A DNA stretch of 64,000 bases, from the IMG/VR virus record IMGVR_UViG_3300027976_000006, positions 32,001-96,000 of that record; one strand, written 5' to 3'. The DNA comes from a virus. The position numbers and the translations under genes are program-made. Of this stretch, positions 28,333 through 38,955 are shown piece by piece; position 1 is the stretch's first letter; each line of letters starts with the position of its first letter. The notes beneath the pieces were generated by a model that saw nothing but the letters and a program-made list of their open reading frames with translations, had not been told where the DNA came from and did not search any database.

Positions 28333-28838
28333 CGCTACAAGCACGGATGAACGCAGACGATCGCAGACTTTATAACCCTAGTCGGGATGTTGCTCATAAC
28401 TTTCAACAAGTTATGGAACTAGTAGCAGCCCGGCTTGAGGATCAGAGTTGGCCGGAGCTAGCTGCAATATTGCAGCATGAGAAAGTAAGCATGGATGATT
28501 TAGGAGAAGCTTGTGCTTGCTACTGCAATTACATAGCTAGTGCCGCAACTTCTCCTACTTTAGTCATGGTTGCTAGTTTAGAGCAAAGCGGATTTTTTAA
28601 TTGCAAACCCGGGGCACAGGTAGCCGTGTTGGCTATGATTGGGACATGTTACGCTGGAATTCAATATGCTGGGGTGAGAGAAGCTACAATTGCGGGCGAA
28701 GGCCCGTTACAAACTGTGGGTGACCTGGTTAGAAGTGCTGAAAAGTTGCGTAGTTACATTGGTGTACCCAAATGGAAACGCTGGTTGCGCAAATGGAAGA
28801 TTCGATTAAAAGATATTTTTGTGGTTTTATCCAAGTAA
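28329..28838 (+). CDS. Hypothetical protein
   Basis: 169 aa, coupled to upstream gene. Confidence 0.75.
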   Translation: MTLQARMNADDRRLYNPSRDVAHNFQQVMELVAARLEDQSWPELAAILQHEKVSMDDLGEACACYCNYIASAATSPTLVMVASLEQSGFFNCKPGAQVAVLAMIGTCYAGIQYAGVREATIAGEGPLQTVGDLVRSAEKLRSYIGVPKWKRWLRKWKIRLKDIFVVLSK

Positions 28839-28852
28839 GGAAATGATTATAA

Positions 28853-29701
28853 ATGATTATTAACGCATGGGGATCGGAGTTTACGGCAAAGTACGGGGAC
28901 ACTTTACCTAGAAGTTATTTGTGTTTCGACACGGAGTTTACGGGCAGCAGTGAAGAGACTGATTTGATTGTGGAGATTGGACACACTCTGGTCGAAGATG
29001 GTAAAGTTGTAGACCAACTAAGCCTCATCTTAAATTGGTACGAGCATCCATCTATCTCGAGAAGTTGGTTGGATTACAAGCTAAATATGATGCGATCGGT
29101 CATAGGGGAAGGTTGGCGGTTAATGCCAGACAGGGTGCAGAAAGAAGGTATAGACCCTATGCAAGTGTTGCAATTTTATTACAAGTTGTTTCAAACTTGG
29201 AAAAATAGGAGTTTGCCGTTTGTGGCACAAAACGGGCAAAATGCCGACGAGCGCTTGCTTCGAGGTAACTTTAATCGTTTTTTAAACAAAAACTTTGAAT
29301 TGCCTCCTGACAATTACTTCGATACTGGTGGCATTTATAAAGCCACACAGGTCTGGGAGTCGTCTAATCCAAATTGTACTAATCTGCGTATGGCTATGCT
29401 CCCGCATAGATCAGATAACTTAAAAAGCTATTTTAACCGAGTAATTGGTACAAGAGTAGCGGGGATTAAATGGTCTTTAGCTTTAATTATGGAGCAATAT
29501 GGGTTAATGGCTAAGCACAATGTTTCTTTAGATCAAATGCACAGTGCCGGATTTGATTCGTTATGTCTGCATTGGATTATGGAAGAGTTTAGAGAACAGA
29601 TACAAAACAAGATGGATTTAAAATCTAAATCTGTAATTGCTACAAACACACAACTTGTTCCGGTGTCTGCCGGTGAAAAACGGCGGCAACGCTTACTGTA
29701 G
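28853..29701 (+). CDS. DEDDh (DnaQ-like) 3'-5' exonuclease
   Basis: FDTEFTG, AQNGQNAD, FDT, HSAGFD. Confidence 0.82.
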   Translation: MIINAWGSEFTAKYGDTLPRSYLCFDTEFTGSSEETDLIVEIGHTLVEDGKVVDQLSLILNWYEHPSISRSWLDYKLNMMRSVIGEGWRLMPDRVQKEGIDPMQVLQFYYKLFQTWKNRSLPFVAQNGQNADERLLRGNFNRFLNKNFELPPDNYFDTGGIYKATQVWESSNPNCTNLRMAMLPHRSDNLKSYFNRVIGTRVAGIKWSLALIMEQYGLMAKHNVSLDQMHSAGFDSLCLHWIMEEFREQIQNKMDLKSKSVIATNTQLVPVSAGEKRRQRLL

Positions 29702-29714
29702 AAAGGAAGATAAA

Positions 29715-30083
29715 ATGGCGAAGCGTAAAAACTCACGGCAAAAGGGGGCGGTTGGCGAACGAGAATTGGCAGCAGAGTTAAATCGTTTATTTGGCACAAC
29801 AGCTAGAAGAGGGCAGCAGTATAGCGGGCTAGAGGGTGAAGACGTTGTTGGGCTGGGTAATATACACATAGAAAGCAAACGGGTGGAAAAATTAAATATT
29901 TATGACGCGGTAGAGCAAGCCGTTACGGATGCAAAATCCATCAAGATACCCGCAGTTTTTCACCGAAGAAACCATAAACCTTGGTTAGTTACGGTGCGCT
30001 TGGATGACATAGAAGCTTTTGCTGCCGCACTTCAAGAAGTGTTATCTAGGCGAATTGTGTTGCCACCAGCATCGGTTTCTTAG
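29715..30083 (+). CDS. PD-(D/E)XK Holliday junction resolvase-like
   Basis: KGAVGERE, D, IESKR. Confidence 0.8.
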   Translation: MAKRKNSRQKGAVGERELAAELNRLFGTTARRGQQYSGLEGEDVVGLGNIHIESKRVEKLNIYDAVEQAVTDAKSIKIPAVFHRRNHKPWLVTVRLDDIEAFAAALQEVLSRRIVLPPASVS

Positions 30084-30089
30084 TTTATT

Positions 30090-30107
30090 TTAAATTCCAG
30101 ATTTTAG
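30090..30107. promoter_or_regulatory. Palindromic motif variant TTAAATTCCAGATTTTAG
   Basis: Intergenic, 11 nt before ATG 30119. Confidence 0.5.
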
Positions 30108-30118
30108 AAAGGATTACA

Positions 30119-30562
30119 ATGTCAGAAGAAAATATCGATCAACCAGTTAAAGAAGTTGATCCTGAGTTCGTCAAAGACATAGAACTAGTAGCAGATGTGG
30201 CTAATCACTTAGCCAGAAACAATTCTGATTTTAAGCAGGTGATTGCAAGCATGCTTGCGGCTAGACAGCTGTATGGTATGTGTCTGTTTGAGTTAGAGTG
30301 GCTTTGCCACCATACTGACTTTTCTAAAATTGGTGAGACCATCCCGATTACAACTGAGTCTATGACCGAGCAGCAACAGATTATGTTTAAAGAAGTACTA
30401 ATTAATGCCGCAGCAATGCAGGCACAGCAACCTTTCGACGAAAAGGTATTGTTTGATGGTATGACCAATACTGTTTTCCCTTGGATGCGGGCTGTAGTCA
30501 CCAAGCATAGTGCTTGGCAAAATGCAGAGAAAGAAAAACCGAACGAAAAGGAAAATTTATGA
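30119..30562 (+). CDS. Hypothetical protein
   Basis: AAGGA RBS. Confidence 0.75.
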   Translation: MSEENIDQPVKEVDPEFVKDIELVADVANHLARNNSDFKQVIASMLAARQLYGMCLFELEWLCHHTDFSKIGETIPITTESMTEQQQIMFKEVLINAAAMQAQQPFDEKVLFDGMTNTVFPWMRAVVTKHSAWQNAEKEKPNEKENL

Positions 30563-31257
30563 ACGTATTTGTTAGTTGGGCGACGGTAACACAAGCTGAA
30601 GCTGGCTCTGATAATTTTTTTCAACAAGCATTTCCACCAAGTAAGAAGGGTGCTACTACTGTTGCTGCGGATGCTCCTGTACATATTTTGCATAGATCCA
30701 AGGTAAAATTATATCTTCCTGAATATTCTGAATATTTAGAAATTAAACAAAAGACGCTTGATGAATTAGATTTAATTAATGCGGATATACTTGCAATTCA
30801 ATTTGTTATCCCAGCTTTAGAAAAAGTAGTAACTTACCAGTTGGCTAAGCGAGTACCGGGCGATAATAGATTATCAGTAAGTTTGGCAGCTAGGTCCTTT
30901 TTATTAAACACTTTTTCCGGCGAATGGGATAACGAAAACAATTCCAAACGTGTCGTATTTATAGGTTTAGCCGGTTTAAAGGGTTTTATGCAAAAATTTG
31001 CTTATGCCTGTGCTGTGTTGGGTCAAGCTCTCCCTTTAAGTTTATGGCGCAACAATTCGCAAATAATTGAGCTTATAGACCAATTACCGGCAGCGGGTTT
31101 TATTAACGCTTGTGCTAATAATGCAAAACTGACAGATGCTGGCGTAGAATATTACAAATTAGTCGAAGAGTTTGAAACGGTGGGAATAGGGGCTAGTGCG
31201 GCACGAGACAGCTCAATATTACTGGCTATCGCGTTTAAACTAGGATTTGGCGGTTAA
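30559..31257 (+). CDS. Hypothetical protein
   Basis: ATGA coupling at 30559. Confidence 0.7.
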   Translation: MNVFVSWATVTQAEAGSDNFFQQAFPPSKKGATTVAADAPVHILHRSKVKLYLPEYSEYLEIKQKTLDELDLINADILAIQFVIPALEKVVTYQLAKRVPGDNRLSVSLAARSFLLNTFSGEWDNENNSKRVVFIGLAGLKGFMQKFAYACAVLGQALPLSLWRNNSQIIELIDQLPAAGFINACANNAKLTDAGVEYYKLVEEFETVGIGASAARDSSILLAIAFKLGFGG

Positions 31258-31259
31258 AT

Positions 31260-31961
31260 ATGGATAAGTTTCCCAGGCCAGAAAATGATAAATTTTATGA
31301 ATTTAAGCCATTTCGTGTACCGAAATACCGAGTAGAATTTCAACGAGCAGTCAAGCTCGAAGATGTTCCAGGTTATGTTTGGTACACTCCTGCTGCTTTA
31401 TACCTGTGGGGAAGATACAGTGAAAACAATTTGGCGGATTTAGTACAGCGCCATAGTTTGCAAATATTCTGGTACAAGTTCGATAAACCAATTTTCAATG
31501 GATTTATTGTTAATGCCGACCCCAGCTGGAATCACACACTGTGGGCAGTGCGGGCGGATCAGTGGGATAAGTTCGTAGATGGAATTCTAGAAACGGTTCA
31601 ATTTGATATTCCAAACGCAAAACTTTATCAATATGCTTTGCAGCAATTAACCATATACGATCCTTTGTCCGTAGATGTACAAAGGATCGTATCTAGTGCT
31701 ACAGCTATTGTGAAAATTAATGCTTTTGCCGTGCTAAGTAACGAGCAACAATATGCGTTTGATACTCGTAAAAAAGATGTGCAATTAATCCCCTATATTT
31801 CTAGTTTCAAACCTAACCCTCTACATGTGTCAGCTGCTCGCCAGTTATTTTCTTCTGCCAATATGACGCAAGATAAAGCATTTAGTCGGTATAAAGAAAT
31901 TTTAACAAGTGAGCAGGATTCAGCTTATCAACAAAAAAACTTAAAAGGAAATAAACGATGA
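31260..31961 (+). CDS. Hypothetical protein
   Basis: 233 aa. Confidence 0.75.
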   Translation: MDKFPRPENDKFYEFKPFRVPKYRVEFQRAVKLEDVPGYVWYTPAALYLWGRYSENNLADLVQRHSLQIFWYKFDKPIFNGFIVNADPSWNHTLWAVRADQWDKFVDGILETVQFDIPNAKLYQYALQQLTIYDPLSVDVQRIVSSATAIVKINAFAVLSNEQQYAFDTRKKDVQLIPYISSFKPNPLHVSAARQLFSSANMTQDKAFSRYKEILTSEQDSAYQQKNLKGNKR

Positions 31962-32560
31962 GTAAGGACAAGCCCGCAAATAACGAAAAATGGAAAGCGT
32001 ACAGAGCAGCTATCCCGGGGTTGGAGGCCAGGCTAAAGCCTAAGCTTACTGTGCCTTCTGACGGCGATTTAGAATACAATTTATGCGTGGATAAGGTGCC
32101 TTCTGACATACGGGCACAGATGCGAGATATCAAACAAGAAAGCGGGGAACACAAATGGGGGGAAAGTATTCAACATCATTGGTGTTTATGTGACATGCAA
32201 GAAGGTGATTTTCCTAGGGTGTATATGTATCCAAATTTGCAAGGGTTGACGGAAGCAATTGCGAAGAGGGAGGGGAAGGAGACAGCTGTTTGGGCTATGT
32301 ACGGTGTACCGTTGCAGCTGACCAAGCCGATCATTAAATCCAACGGGAATAAACAGCGTTATTTGTTGTTACCTAACCAGATGGCTGTTACTGTAGGCAG
32401 CGAGGAGGACTGTGTTTTATTGGAACAAGCGGCATTACCGGCTATAACTTTAGAGGAAACTGGTTGGTTGGGTAATCCTTTATATCTAGAATCACAGCAA
32501 TTCTATACCCCTGGGTTTGTGGATGATGATCAGTTTGCGGAAGAACAAGACGAAGAGTAG
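31958..32560 (+). CDS. Hypothetical protein
   Basis: 200 aa, ATGA coupling. Confidence 0.75.
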   Translation: MSKDKPANNEKWKAYRAAIPGLEARLKPKLTVPSDGDLEYNLCVDKVPSDIRAQMRDIKQESGEHKWGESIQHHWCLCDMQEGDFPRVYMYPNLQGLTEAIAKREGKETAVWAMYGVPLQLTKPIIKSNGNKQRYLLLPNQMAVTVGSEEDCVLLEQAALPAITLEETGWLGNPLYLESQQFYTPGFVDDDQFAEEQDEE

Positions 32561-32603
32561 ACACTTATAAACTAATTCTTTTTTTAGCTATTGGAGGGCA
32601 GTT

Positions 32604-33569
32604 ATGGCAGATAGTTCAGTTAGAGCCGATACACCAGACCCAACGCGTTACCACGTCAACCGCTCTGATATGCCTGGAACTATGATACCTCGGGCGGGAG
32701 CGGACGGGCAATCGTTAGGATTTGACCCGAATCGCCCGCAGGCTGTAATAGTAGACCCTGGGGTGGAAGGTGGTGGTTTTGTTTTAGATTTAAAAGCATT
32801 AATTGAGTTGAATCCTAATTTTAATGCGGAAGCCAAGCGTAGCGGTGTGGTTGACGATGTTCATTCCTTCTACAAAGGGCTAAGCCGGCAGACTGTAGTG
32901 GGAAGAAATATAAATGGCACAGAAAAGGAGCAGTTTATGTCTGAACCGAGCGAACCAACCGAACCAACCGAACCAACCGAACCAACCGAACCAGTAAACT
33001 CTAAAATGGGTAAAATGGAGGAGGCGATTAGAGGTTTACTTGATGAGCAATTTCCCAAGTTAGAAAATACAAAAAAGCAGGTTAAAAAGCATAAGTTGGC
33101 AACCGAGGCTGCAGTTGCAGCCATGTCTGCTGCGGATTCACAAAATCGTGCGCAGCAAGACCAACTTTTAAATGCTTTAGTTAATAGAGTAAATCGGCTT
33201 AGCGGTGGCTCGTCGGAACAAAAAGAAATACCAGATTCAGTTCAAAATGCCTTTTCTAAATTACAAATTCCGTTTCTTTCTGGCATTAAACCAGAACGCC
33301 CGCAATATGAAGTCTATTTTGAAATGGCAAAGTTGGGTACAATGTCTGCACGGTATCACGCAGTAATTGCTAGCGATGCCTGCGTCGCATTGATTTACGA
33401 CACTAGATTTGAAGACGGGTTTCAATATTTACCGCCTAATTTGAGGGAGGAGCAGATCGTGGTTTCTGTGCCTAAAACCAAAGAAACTTATACTTGTTCG
33501 TCACTTGGGTTGCATTGGTCGCTTGGTTGTTTGGATGTTGTTATTCTTATTCGTTACAAAGAGGATTAA
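32604..33569 (+). CDS. Hypothetical protein with (EPT)n repeat
   Basis: GGAGG RBS; 321 aa. Confidence 0.75.
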   Translation: MADSSVRADTPDPTRYHVNRSDMPGTMIPRAGADGQSLGFDPNRPQAVIVDPGVEGGGFVLDLKALIELNPNFNAEAKRSGVVDDVHSFYKGLSRQTVVGRNINGTEKEQFMSEPSEPTEPTEPTEPTEPVNSKMGKMEEAIRGLLDEQFPKLENTKKQVKKHKLATEAAVAAMSAADSQNRAQQDQLLNALVNRVNRLSGGSSEQKEIPDSVQNAFSKLQIPFLSGIKPERPQYEVYFEMAKLGTMSARYHAVIASDACVALIYDTRFEDGFQYLPPNLREEQIVVSVPKTKETYTCSSLGLHWSLGCLDVVILIRYKED

Positions 33570-33573
33570 TACG

Positions 33574-33801
33574 ATGGAAAAGAATGGGGCTATCACGGCA
33601 AATACACCTAGTTGCGGTAACGGCTGTAATGGCTGTTGTCGTGGGAATTGCAGCTGCAAAGTTAAAAGGGCAAATGCACAAAGTAGTGCGAAGCAGCCTT
33701 TGCTATTTCCAGAAACAAAGGAAGCTGCCGACACCATGGAACAGGATCTAATTAAACGGGCAGTTGAAGTAGTTCAAGAAAGAAGTAAACCTACCCACTA
33801 G
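33574..33801 (+). CDS. Small Cys-rich protein
   Basis: GAGGA RBS; CGNGCNGCCRGNCSC. Confidence 0.6.
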   Translation: MEKNGAITANTPSCGNGCNGCCRGNCSCKVKRANAQSSAKQPLLFPETKEAADTMEQDLIKRAVEVVQERSKPTH

Positions 33802-33833
33802 GTGTAGTAGTTTATACTGAGGGAGAACCAGTA

Positions 33834-35756
33834 ATGTCAATGATGTCTGCGGGTAATACTTACTTTAATCAAGGCACCAGCAATACTGGTTTTTCTGACC
33901 CTTTTAACGATATTGCCACCTCGCATATGCCGACTACGATGAAAACGGCGTTGTGGTGGTCTGAATACATCTGGACGATGCAGGGTACTTACCGCATGGC
34001 GATGGAGCGCATTGTCAGTTATTTTATTACAGAAATTGAAATAGGGGGCGAAGCTAACGACGAAGAAAAAGTTAAGTATTCTGATTTTTTAAAAAACCAA
34101 TTGCATGTTTTAGATTTTCTTAACCAAGTTATGCGAGATCGTCTTTGTTATGGCAATTCTTTTGCAAGCGTGGTCGTCCCGTTTCGCCGATTTTTACGAA
34201 ATCCAAAAACTGGTGATATTTATCCGCTTAAATTTGTGTATGAAAATTTTGATTTTAAATTTACAGAAAAGTTTGAATTTGAAGCAACTTGTCCAAAAAC
34301 AAAATGGCGAGGTCCTTGGGTTGTAGAAGACAAAGCGAGAGAAGAGTCTAAACATTTAATTTTAAAACGCTGGAGCCCTCACGAAATCGAAATTTTGCAT
34401 GATCCATATACCGATGAAGTTTCATACTTATGGCGCATACCTGAGTACTATAAAAAAATGGTTAAAGATGGGAATCTTTTTCATTTAGAACGGGCAAGTA
34501 AGCAAGTTCTTGAAACCATAAGAACGGATAAGTTATTTAGGTTTAATCCTGCTGCTATCTTTCACATGAAAGAACAAACTTTAGCTGGAATACGAAACCT
34601 TGGGTGGGGGTTACCCCGAAGTTTAATAAACTATCGTCAAATATGGTATGTGCAAGTTTTGCGCAGATACAACGAAGCTATCGCGTTGGATTATGTGATC
34701 CCCTTCCGTTTGATTACACCCGCAGCACGCAGTGGTGGGTCTAATGCGGGTAACATCGCAACGCAAGACCCTATGTCTATTTATTCAGCTGGTGATTTTA
34801 GATCACAAGTTAGACAAATGATTAACAGAAGAAGGCGGGATCCAGCTGCGTGGCAGCTTCTGCCTTTCCCTGTTAATTACCAGATTCTTGGCGGAGATGC
34901 CAAACAACTGGCACCTACGGAATTGATTCAGCAGGGCACCGAAGAATTGCTGAACGAATGCGGTACCCCTGTTGAATTTTATCAAGGTTCGTTGTCGTTA
35001 CAAGCCGCGCCTGTTGCTCTTCGTCTTTTTGAAAGCACGCATCGTCAATTAGTAACAGATGCAAACTCTTTCTTGCAGTGGATGTGTAATTCTATTAGCC
35101 AAATTATGTCCTGGGAACTTGTGGATTGTAGTTTACAGCGAGTTACTACTGCCGATGATATGCAGAAACAAATGGCTGCATTACAATTAATGATGGGTCA
35201 GCAGTTATCCGGTACAACTGGGCTTCGTGCGATGGGATACAGCTGGGATACGGAACAAAAATTGCTTGCTGCTGAGGCAAGTAAGCAGCAAAAAATGCAA
35301 GCGAGACAAGCGGAAGAAGCCGAACAGTCTGGATTCGCTGCCCAAATTTCTAAAGGTGTTAATCCAAGTGCGGGTGGTGCCCCTCCTGCAGGTGGGCCTG
35401 CAGGTGGTCCTCCTGCCGGTGGCGGTGCCCCACCTGCAGGTGGCGGTGGTGCTCCTCCGTCTGGCGGGGGTGCTACCGCAGGTGGTATCCCAACTCCTGT
35501 TACTAACTATTTGCAGTCAATGGGGCCAAACTCTGCTATTACTCCAAATGATCTACAAGCGGCTGCGGAGCAGTTATCTCAAGAATTACTCGGTATACCT
35601 GAAGCTATTAAAGATTCTGAACTGCGTAAACTTAAAGCAAATAACCCGACACTGCATTCAGTTGTTCGCACCAAGTTAGACGAAGCACGCAGTAAGCTGC
35701 GGCTGCAAGGTGGTGCGATGTTGCAACAACAGATGCAGCAGGGTGGAGGGGGTTAG
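33834..35756 (+). CDS. Probable portal protein with Gln/Pro/Gly-rich tail
   Basis: DRLCYGNSF, IFHMK, LGWGLP motifs and size typical of portals. Confidence 0.6.
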   Translation: MSMMSAGNTYFNQGTSNTGFSDPFNDIATSHMPTTMKTALWWSEYIWTMQGTYRMAMERIVSYFITEIEIGGEANDEEKVKYSDFLKNQLHVLDFLNQVMRDRLCYGNSFASVVVPFRRFLRNPKTGDIYPLKFVYENFDFKFTEKFEFEATCPKTKWRGPWVVEDKAREESKHLILKRWSPHEIEILHDPYTDEVSYLWRIPEYYKKMVKDGNLFHLERASKQVLETIRTDKLFRFNPAAIFHMKEQTLAGIRNLGWGLPRSLINYRQIWYVQVLRRYNEAIALDYVIPFRLITPAARSGGSNAGNIATQDPMSIYSAGDFRSQVRQMINRRRRDPAAWQLLPFPVNYQILGGDAKQLAPTELIQQGTEELLNECGTPVEFYQGSLSLQAAPVALRLFESTHRQLVTDANSFLQWMCNSISQIMSWELVDCSLQRVTTADDMQKQMAALQLMMGQQLSGTTGLRAMGYSWDTEQKLLAAEASKQQKMQARQAEEAEQSGFAAQISKGVNPSAGGAPPAGGPAGGPPAGGGAPPAGGGGAPPSGGGATAGGIPTPVTNYLQSMGPNSAITPNDLQAAAEQLSQELLGIPEAIKDSELRKLKANNPTLHSVVRTKLDEARSKLRLQGGAMLQQQMQQGGGG

Positions 35757-35761
35757 TTACA

Positions 35762-36559
35762 ATGCTTAAAATTGGTTTTATCTGCCCTATCTATACTGCA
35801 GAAGTTTTTGCAAATTATACGCAAAAAGCTTTAGAATCTTTTTTTGCCACTACCCCCGGTGGTACAGCCATCATTGTAAATGACGGGTCGACTGGCTGGA
35901 GTAGCGATTACGAACAATCTTTACTCGGTTTAAAAAACAATTACTCTGATGTTTCATTGCATTTGTTAAACTTTCCCCAACTTGGCGGATTAACACGGAG
36001 TTGGAATGCGGGGCTGGCTAAAGCGGAGGAACTTGGTTTGGACTACGCCATTGCGGGTAACAACGACATAATATTTTCGAATAACTGGTATGAAGGTATG
36101 TTACTGGCGTTAGCTAATGGCTACGAGCTGGTGGGTCCAATCTCTAATGCTCCCGGTATAACTGCCGGAGGTAAACAAAATGTTGAGCTATATTCGCCCG
36201 ACTATACCCTTACCGATAATTTAGATGAGGTGAATAAAGTTGCGGAACACGTACATAAAACTTATTTTGGTAAAACAATAGAAAGCAAAGTTAATGGATT
36301 TTTTTTAATGGCGACTTTAAAGTCGTGGATAAAAGGAAAATTTGACGAACATAATTTTTTCAGACCTAAAAATTCGCATTACTCCACGGGATGGCTTAAC
36401 CCGACACCGTTAATGACAGCAAATGAAGACGAGCTACAAGGGCGATGGGCTGAAAAAGATATGAAATCAGGTATCGTTTTAAGCACATTTATATTTCATT
36501 ATCGATCTGTCTCCCGAGGTAATGGCTATAAGCTAGGAAAATGGTATCGGCAAGCATGA
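35762..36559 (+). CDS. Glycosyltransferase family 2
   Basis: IIVNDGS, GLTRSWNAG, NND, FIFH. Confidence 0.85.
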   Translation: MLKIGFICPIYTAEVFANYTQKALESFFATTPGGTAIIVNDGSTGWSSDYEQSLLGLKNNYSDVSLHLLNFPQLGGLTRSWNAGLAKAEELGLDYAIAGNNDIIFSNNWYEGMLLALANGYELVGPISNAPGITAGGKQNVELYSPDYTLTDNLDEVNKVAEHVHKTYFGKTIESKVNGFFLMATLKSWIKGKFDEHNFFRPKNSHYSTGWLNPTPLMTANEDELQGRWAEKDMKSGIVLSTFIFHYRSVSRGNGYKLGKWYRQA

Positions 36560-37281
36560 GCAAAATATTAGTTTACAGCTGTGTCGCTGGAAATTACGAT
36601 GATGTTACGAAGGGATTGTTATCTTCGCTCGCACCGGCAGAGCACGATGTTTCGTATGTCTTATACACAGACCAGCCAATTAAAGATTCAATAAAAATAA
36701 GTCAAGACTGTTTTCATTACCAAGCACCTGGAGGTAATATTACTTGGCAAATACGCCCTTTGGTGTGGGAACATCCTCTGTGTAAGCGGCGTACAGCTCG
36801 TTTCTGCAAAATTAACCCTCACATTTTTTGCGATAATTCGACAACCCACGACATATGGATAGACGGCAATCAAATCATTAAACAAGATGTTAGGCTGGTT
36901 GAAAGTTTGCTCCCTTACTTAAAAAACAATTTTATTGCCACTTTCAAGCATCCTGACCGTATCTGTATTTATCAGGAGTTGCCGCAATGCATACAATGGG
37001 AAAAAGACAATTCTACATTAATGCGGCGACAAGTCGATAATTACCGCAAAGAGGGTTATCCTGCCTATGTTGGATTGGTAGAGACATCTTGTCTTGTGCG
37101 AAAGCAGGGAAAAGAATCAGCTGATTTTAACAAACAGTGGTGGGATGAGATTAGTCGCAATAGCTATCGAGATCAGTTAAGTTTTAACTACGTGGTATGG
37201 AAACAAAAGCAAAAATATGGTTTACTCGTAGGGCACAGAACAAAATCTTCTTTTTTTCATTACGCTCCGCATTATGCCTAA
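36556..37281 (+). CDS. DUF616 (TOD1/MUCI70-like) glycosyltransferase
   Basis: VYSCVAGNYD, KINPH, IWIDG, HPDR, RDQLSFNY. Confidence 0.85.
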   Translation: MSKILVYSCVAGNYDDVTKGLLSSLAPAEHDVSYVLYTDQPIKDSIKISQDCFHYQAPGGNITWQIRPLVWEHPLCKRRTARFCKINPHIFCDNSTTHDIWIDGNQIIKQDVRLVESLLPYLKNNFIATFKHPDRICIYQELPQCIQWEKDNSTLMRRQVDNYRKEGYPAYVGLVETSCLVRKQGKESADFNKQWWDEISRNSYRDQLSFNYVVWKQKQKYGLLVGHRTKSSFFHYAPHYA

Positions 37282-37304
37282 ACGACACTAGCCCTGGAGT
37301 CTTG

Positions 37305-38369
37305 GTGTTAAAAGTTGGAATTTTTGCTCCGTATGTTCGAAACGAAACTACGCTAGCTGCCGTACAAATAGCAGATTGGCTGGTTCGTTGCGGGATTAAA
37401 GTAGAATTTCTTTCAGATGGTAAGGTTTCAAAAGGCATTCATCCCATTTGGGATCACAAAGTTAAGCGTGCAAACGAAGATTCAATTCATCCTTGGGCGT
37501 TTCAAGCTACGCATTTGTGCTGGTTCAGTGCAAATGATTGGGCGTTAGCCGAAGCTAAATTAGTAAATTCGTTCAGCCCTAAATACCGAACTATGCATTA
37601 TTATTTTCCGCACTGGGGGGAATGGAATTCGACTAATTCAAATTTCTTAAATGCGGCAGATCGTATCATTTGTTTAAGCCACGATTTAGCTACTTGGCTG
37701 GATAAACAACAAAGAAGAGTTTTACCTACCCGCACTTGGGCTAATTTAGTAGTGGCGGACAAGCTGTTAATCCCGAAGATTGGCTGGGTGCGCCCTGGCA
37801 TTAAACAATTTTTAGTCATACTGGCAAAGTCAATTGAATTAGATCTAGGCCCAGAATTGTTTGAAATATTTTATCCACTTTTAAACAATTATGATGTTAT
37901 TCGATTTACTTTTTTGTTAGAACATTCTATGCCCAGAGCGTATCGCGTTGGCCTAAAGAAGCTGCAGCAGTGTTATCCTGATAGAGTTTCGATTGTTACT
38001 AGCCCCGCTTATTGCGATTATGCTAACTTAGCCAGGCAGCACGATTGGGTGTATCTGGCTGGTACTCGTTTTACTTATGGTGCAGTTATGGCATGCATTG
38101 TTAGCAGTTCTTCAATCCTGGTTTGCCACGACATTCCTCCGGTGGGTGCCCATGTGGTAGATGATTTAAATGGTAAATTAATCGTATGCGGACTAAGTGA
38201 TAAACCAGCACCTGCGGCTTTAGTGGGCTTAGCGGACGTAGAAACGGTATTATCTGGATTAGCGGAAGCATCTACGAAAACACTGGAAGCCATGCAACGG
38301 GTCTCGGCTGACTATTTGCGTAAAAAACAGAAAGCTTTTGAATGGTTCATCCACAACGAATTTGCGTAA
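37305..38369 (+). CDS. GT-B fold glycosyltransferase-like protein
   Basis: KVGIF start, ADRIICLS, LVCHDIPP; GTG start after GGAG. Confidence 0.55.
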   Translation: MLKVGIFAPYVRNETTLAAVQIADWLVRCGIKVEFLSDGKVSKGIHPIWDHKVKRANEDSIHPWAFQATHLCWFSANDWALAEAKLVNSFSPKYRTMHYYFPHWGEWNSTNSNFLNAADRIICLSHDLATWLDKQQRRVLPTRTWANLVVADKLLIPKIGWVRPGIKQFLVILAKSIELDLGPELFEIFYPLLNNYDVIRFTFLLEHSMPRAYRVGLKKLQQCYPDRVSIVTSPAYCDYANLARQHDWVYLAGTRFTYGAVMACIVSSSSILVCHDIPPVGAHVVDDLNGKLIVCGLSDKPAPAALVGLADVETVLSGLAEASTKTLEAMQRVSADYLRKKQKAFEWFIHNEFA

Positions 38370-38941
38370 ATGATCATGTGCTAGTCGCAGGTACTCCTGG
38401 CGCTTTTATTCACCATGTGGCGGCACGCTTGCACAGTTTCGGGTGGGCAGTTCTTTGGCCGAATCAAGACATAGAAACGACTAATGTTCGTTTTTATTTT
38501 GAACACAACTATCAAAACTTTGAAACACAACGCATACACCGATCAATTTACGCACAAAATAGCGACAGCAAACTAGTTAGTAAGCCCCCTGTGTATTATG
38601 ATCCACCTTTTCCAGGACCAGCTGAGTTTATTGCTCAGTTTGACACGCCTGCGGTTATTTCCTGCGTTATGCTTGCTCCTTTCTTAGACTTGTGGGCCAG
38701 TGTAGCCGATGTTGTAATAGACATACAAGCCACAGAAGAAGAAGACGAGGCGACGCTTGCACGCTGGGCAAAGAATTTGTACCCGTTGGATTATGTAAAA
38801 GATGTCTGCAATTGCCAGCGAATGCGGTATAATAAGCACTTGAAATTGTTCGGTAGAATTTGCACAATAACAAACGCCGAGGTCAAAGATAAGAATTTTG
38901 ACAAGCTAGATAAGTTTCTTGCTTCTATCTGTAATTTTTAA
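38342..38941 (+). CDS. Degenerate sulfotransferase-like protein
   Basis: VLVAGTPG...VAARLHSFG, NFE motif. Confidence 0.4.
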   Translation: MVHPQRICVNDHVLVAGTPGAFIHHVAARLHSFGWAVLWPNQDIETTNVRFYFEHNYQNFETQRIHRSIYAQNSDSKLVSKPPVYYDPPFPGPAEFIAQFDTPAVISCVMLAPFLDLWASVADVVIDIQATEEEDEATLARWAKNLYPLDYVKDVCNCQRMRYNKHLKLFGRICTITNAEVKDKNFDKLDKFLASICNF

Positions 38942-38955
38942 ACAAGGAAATTCCA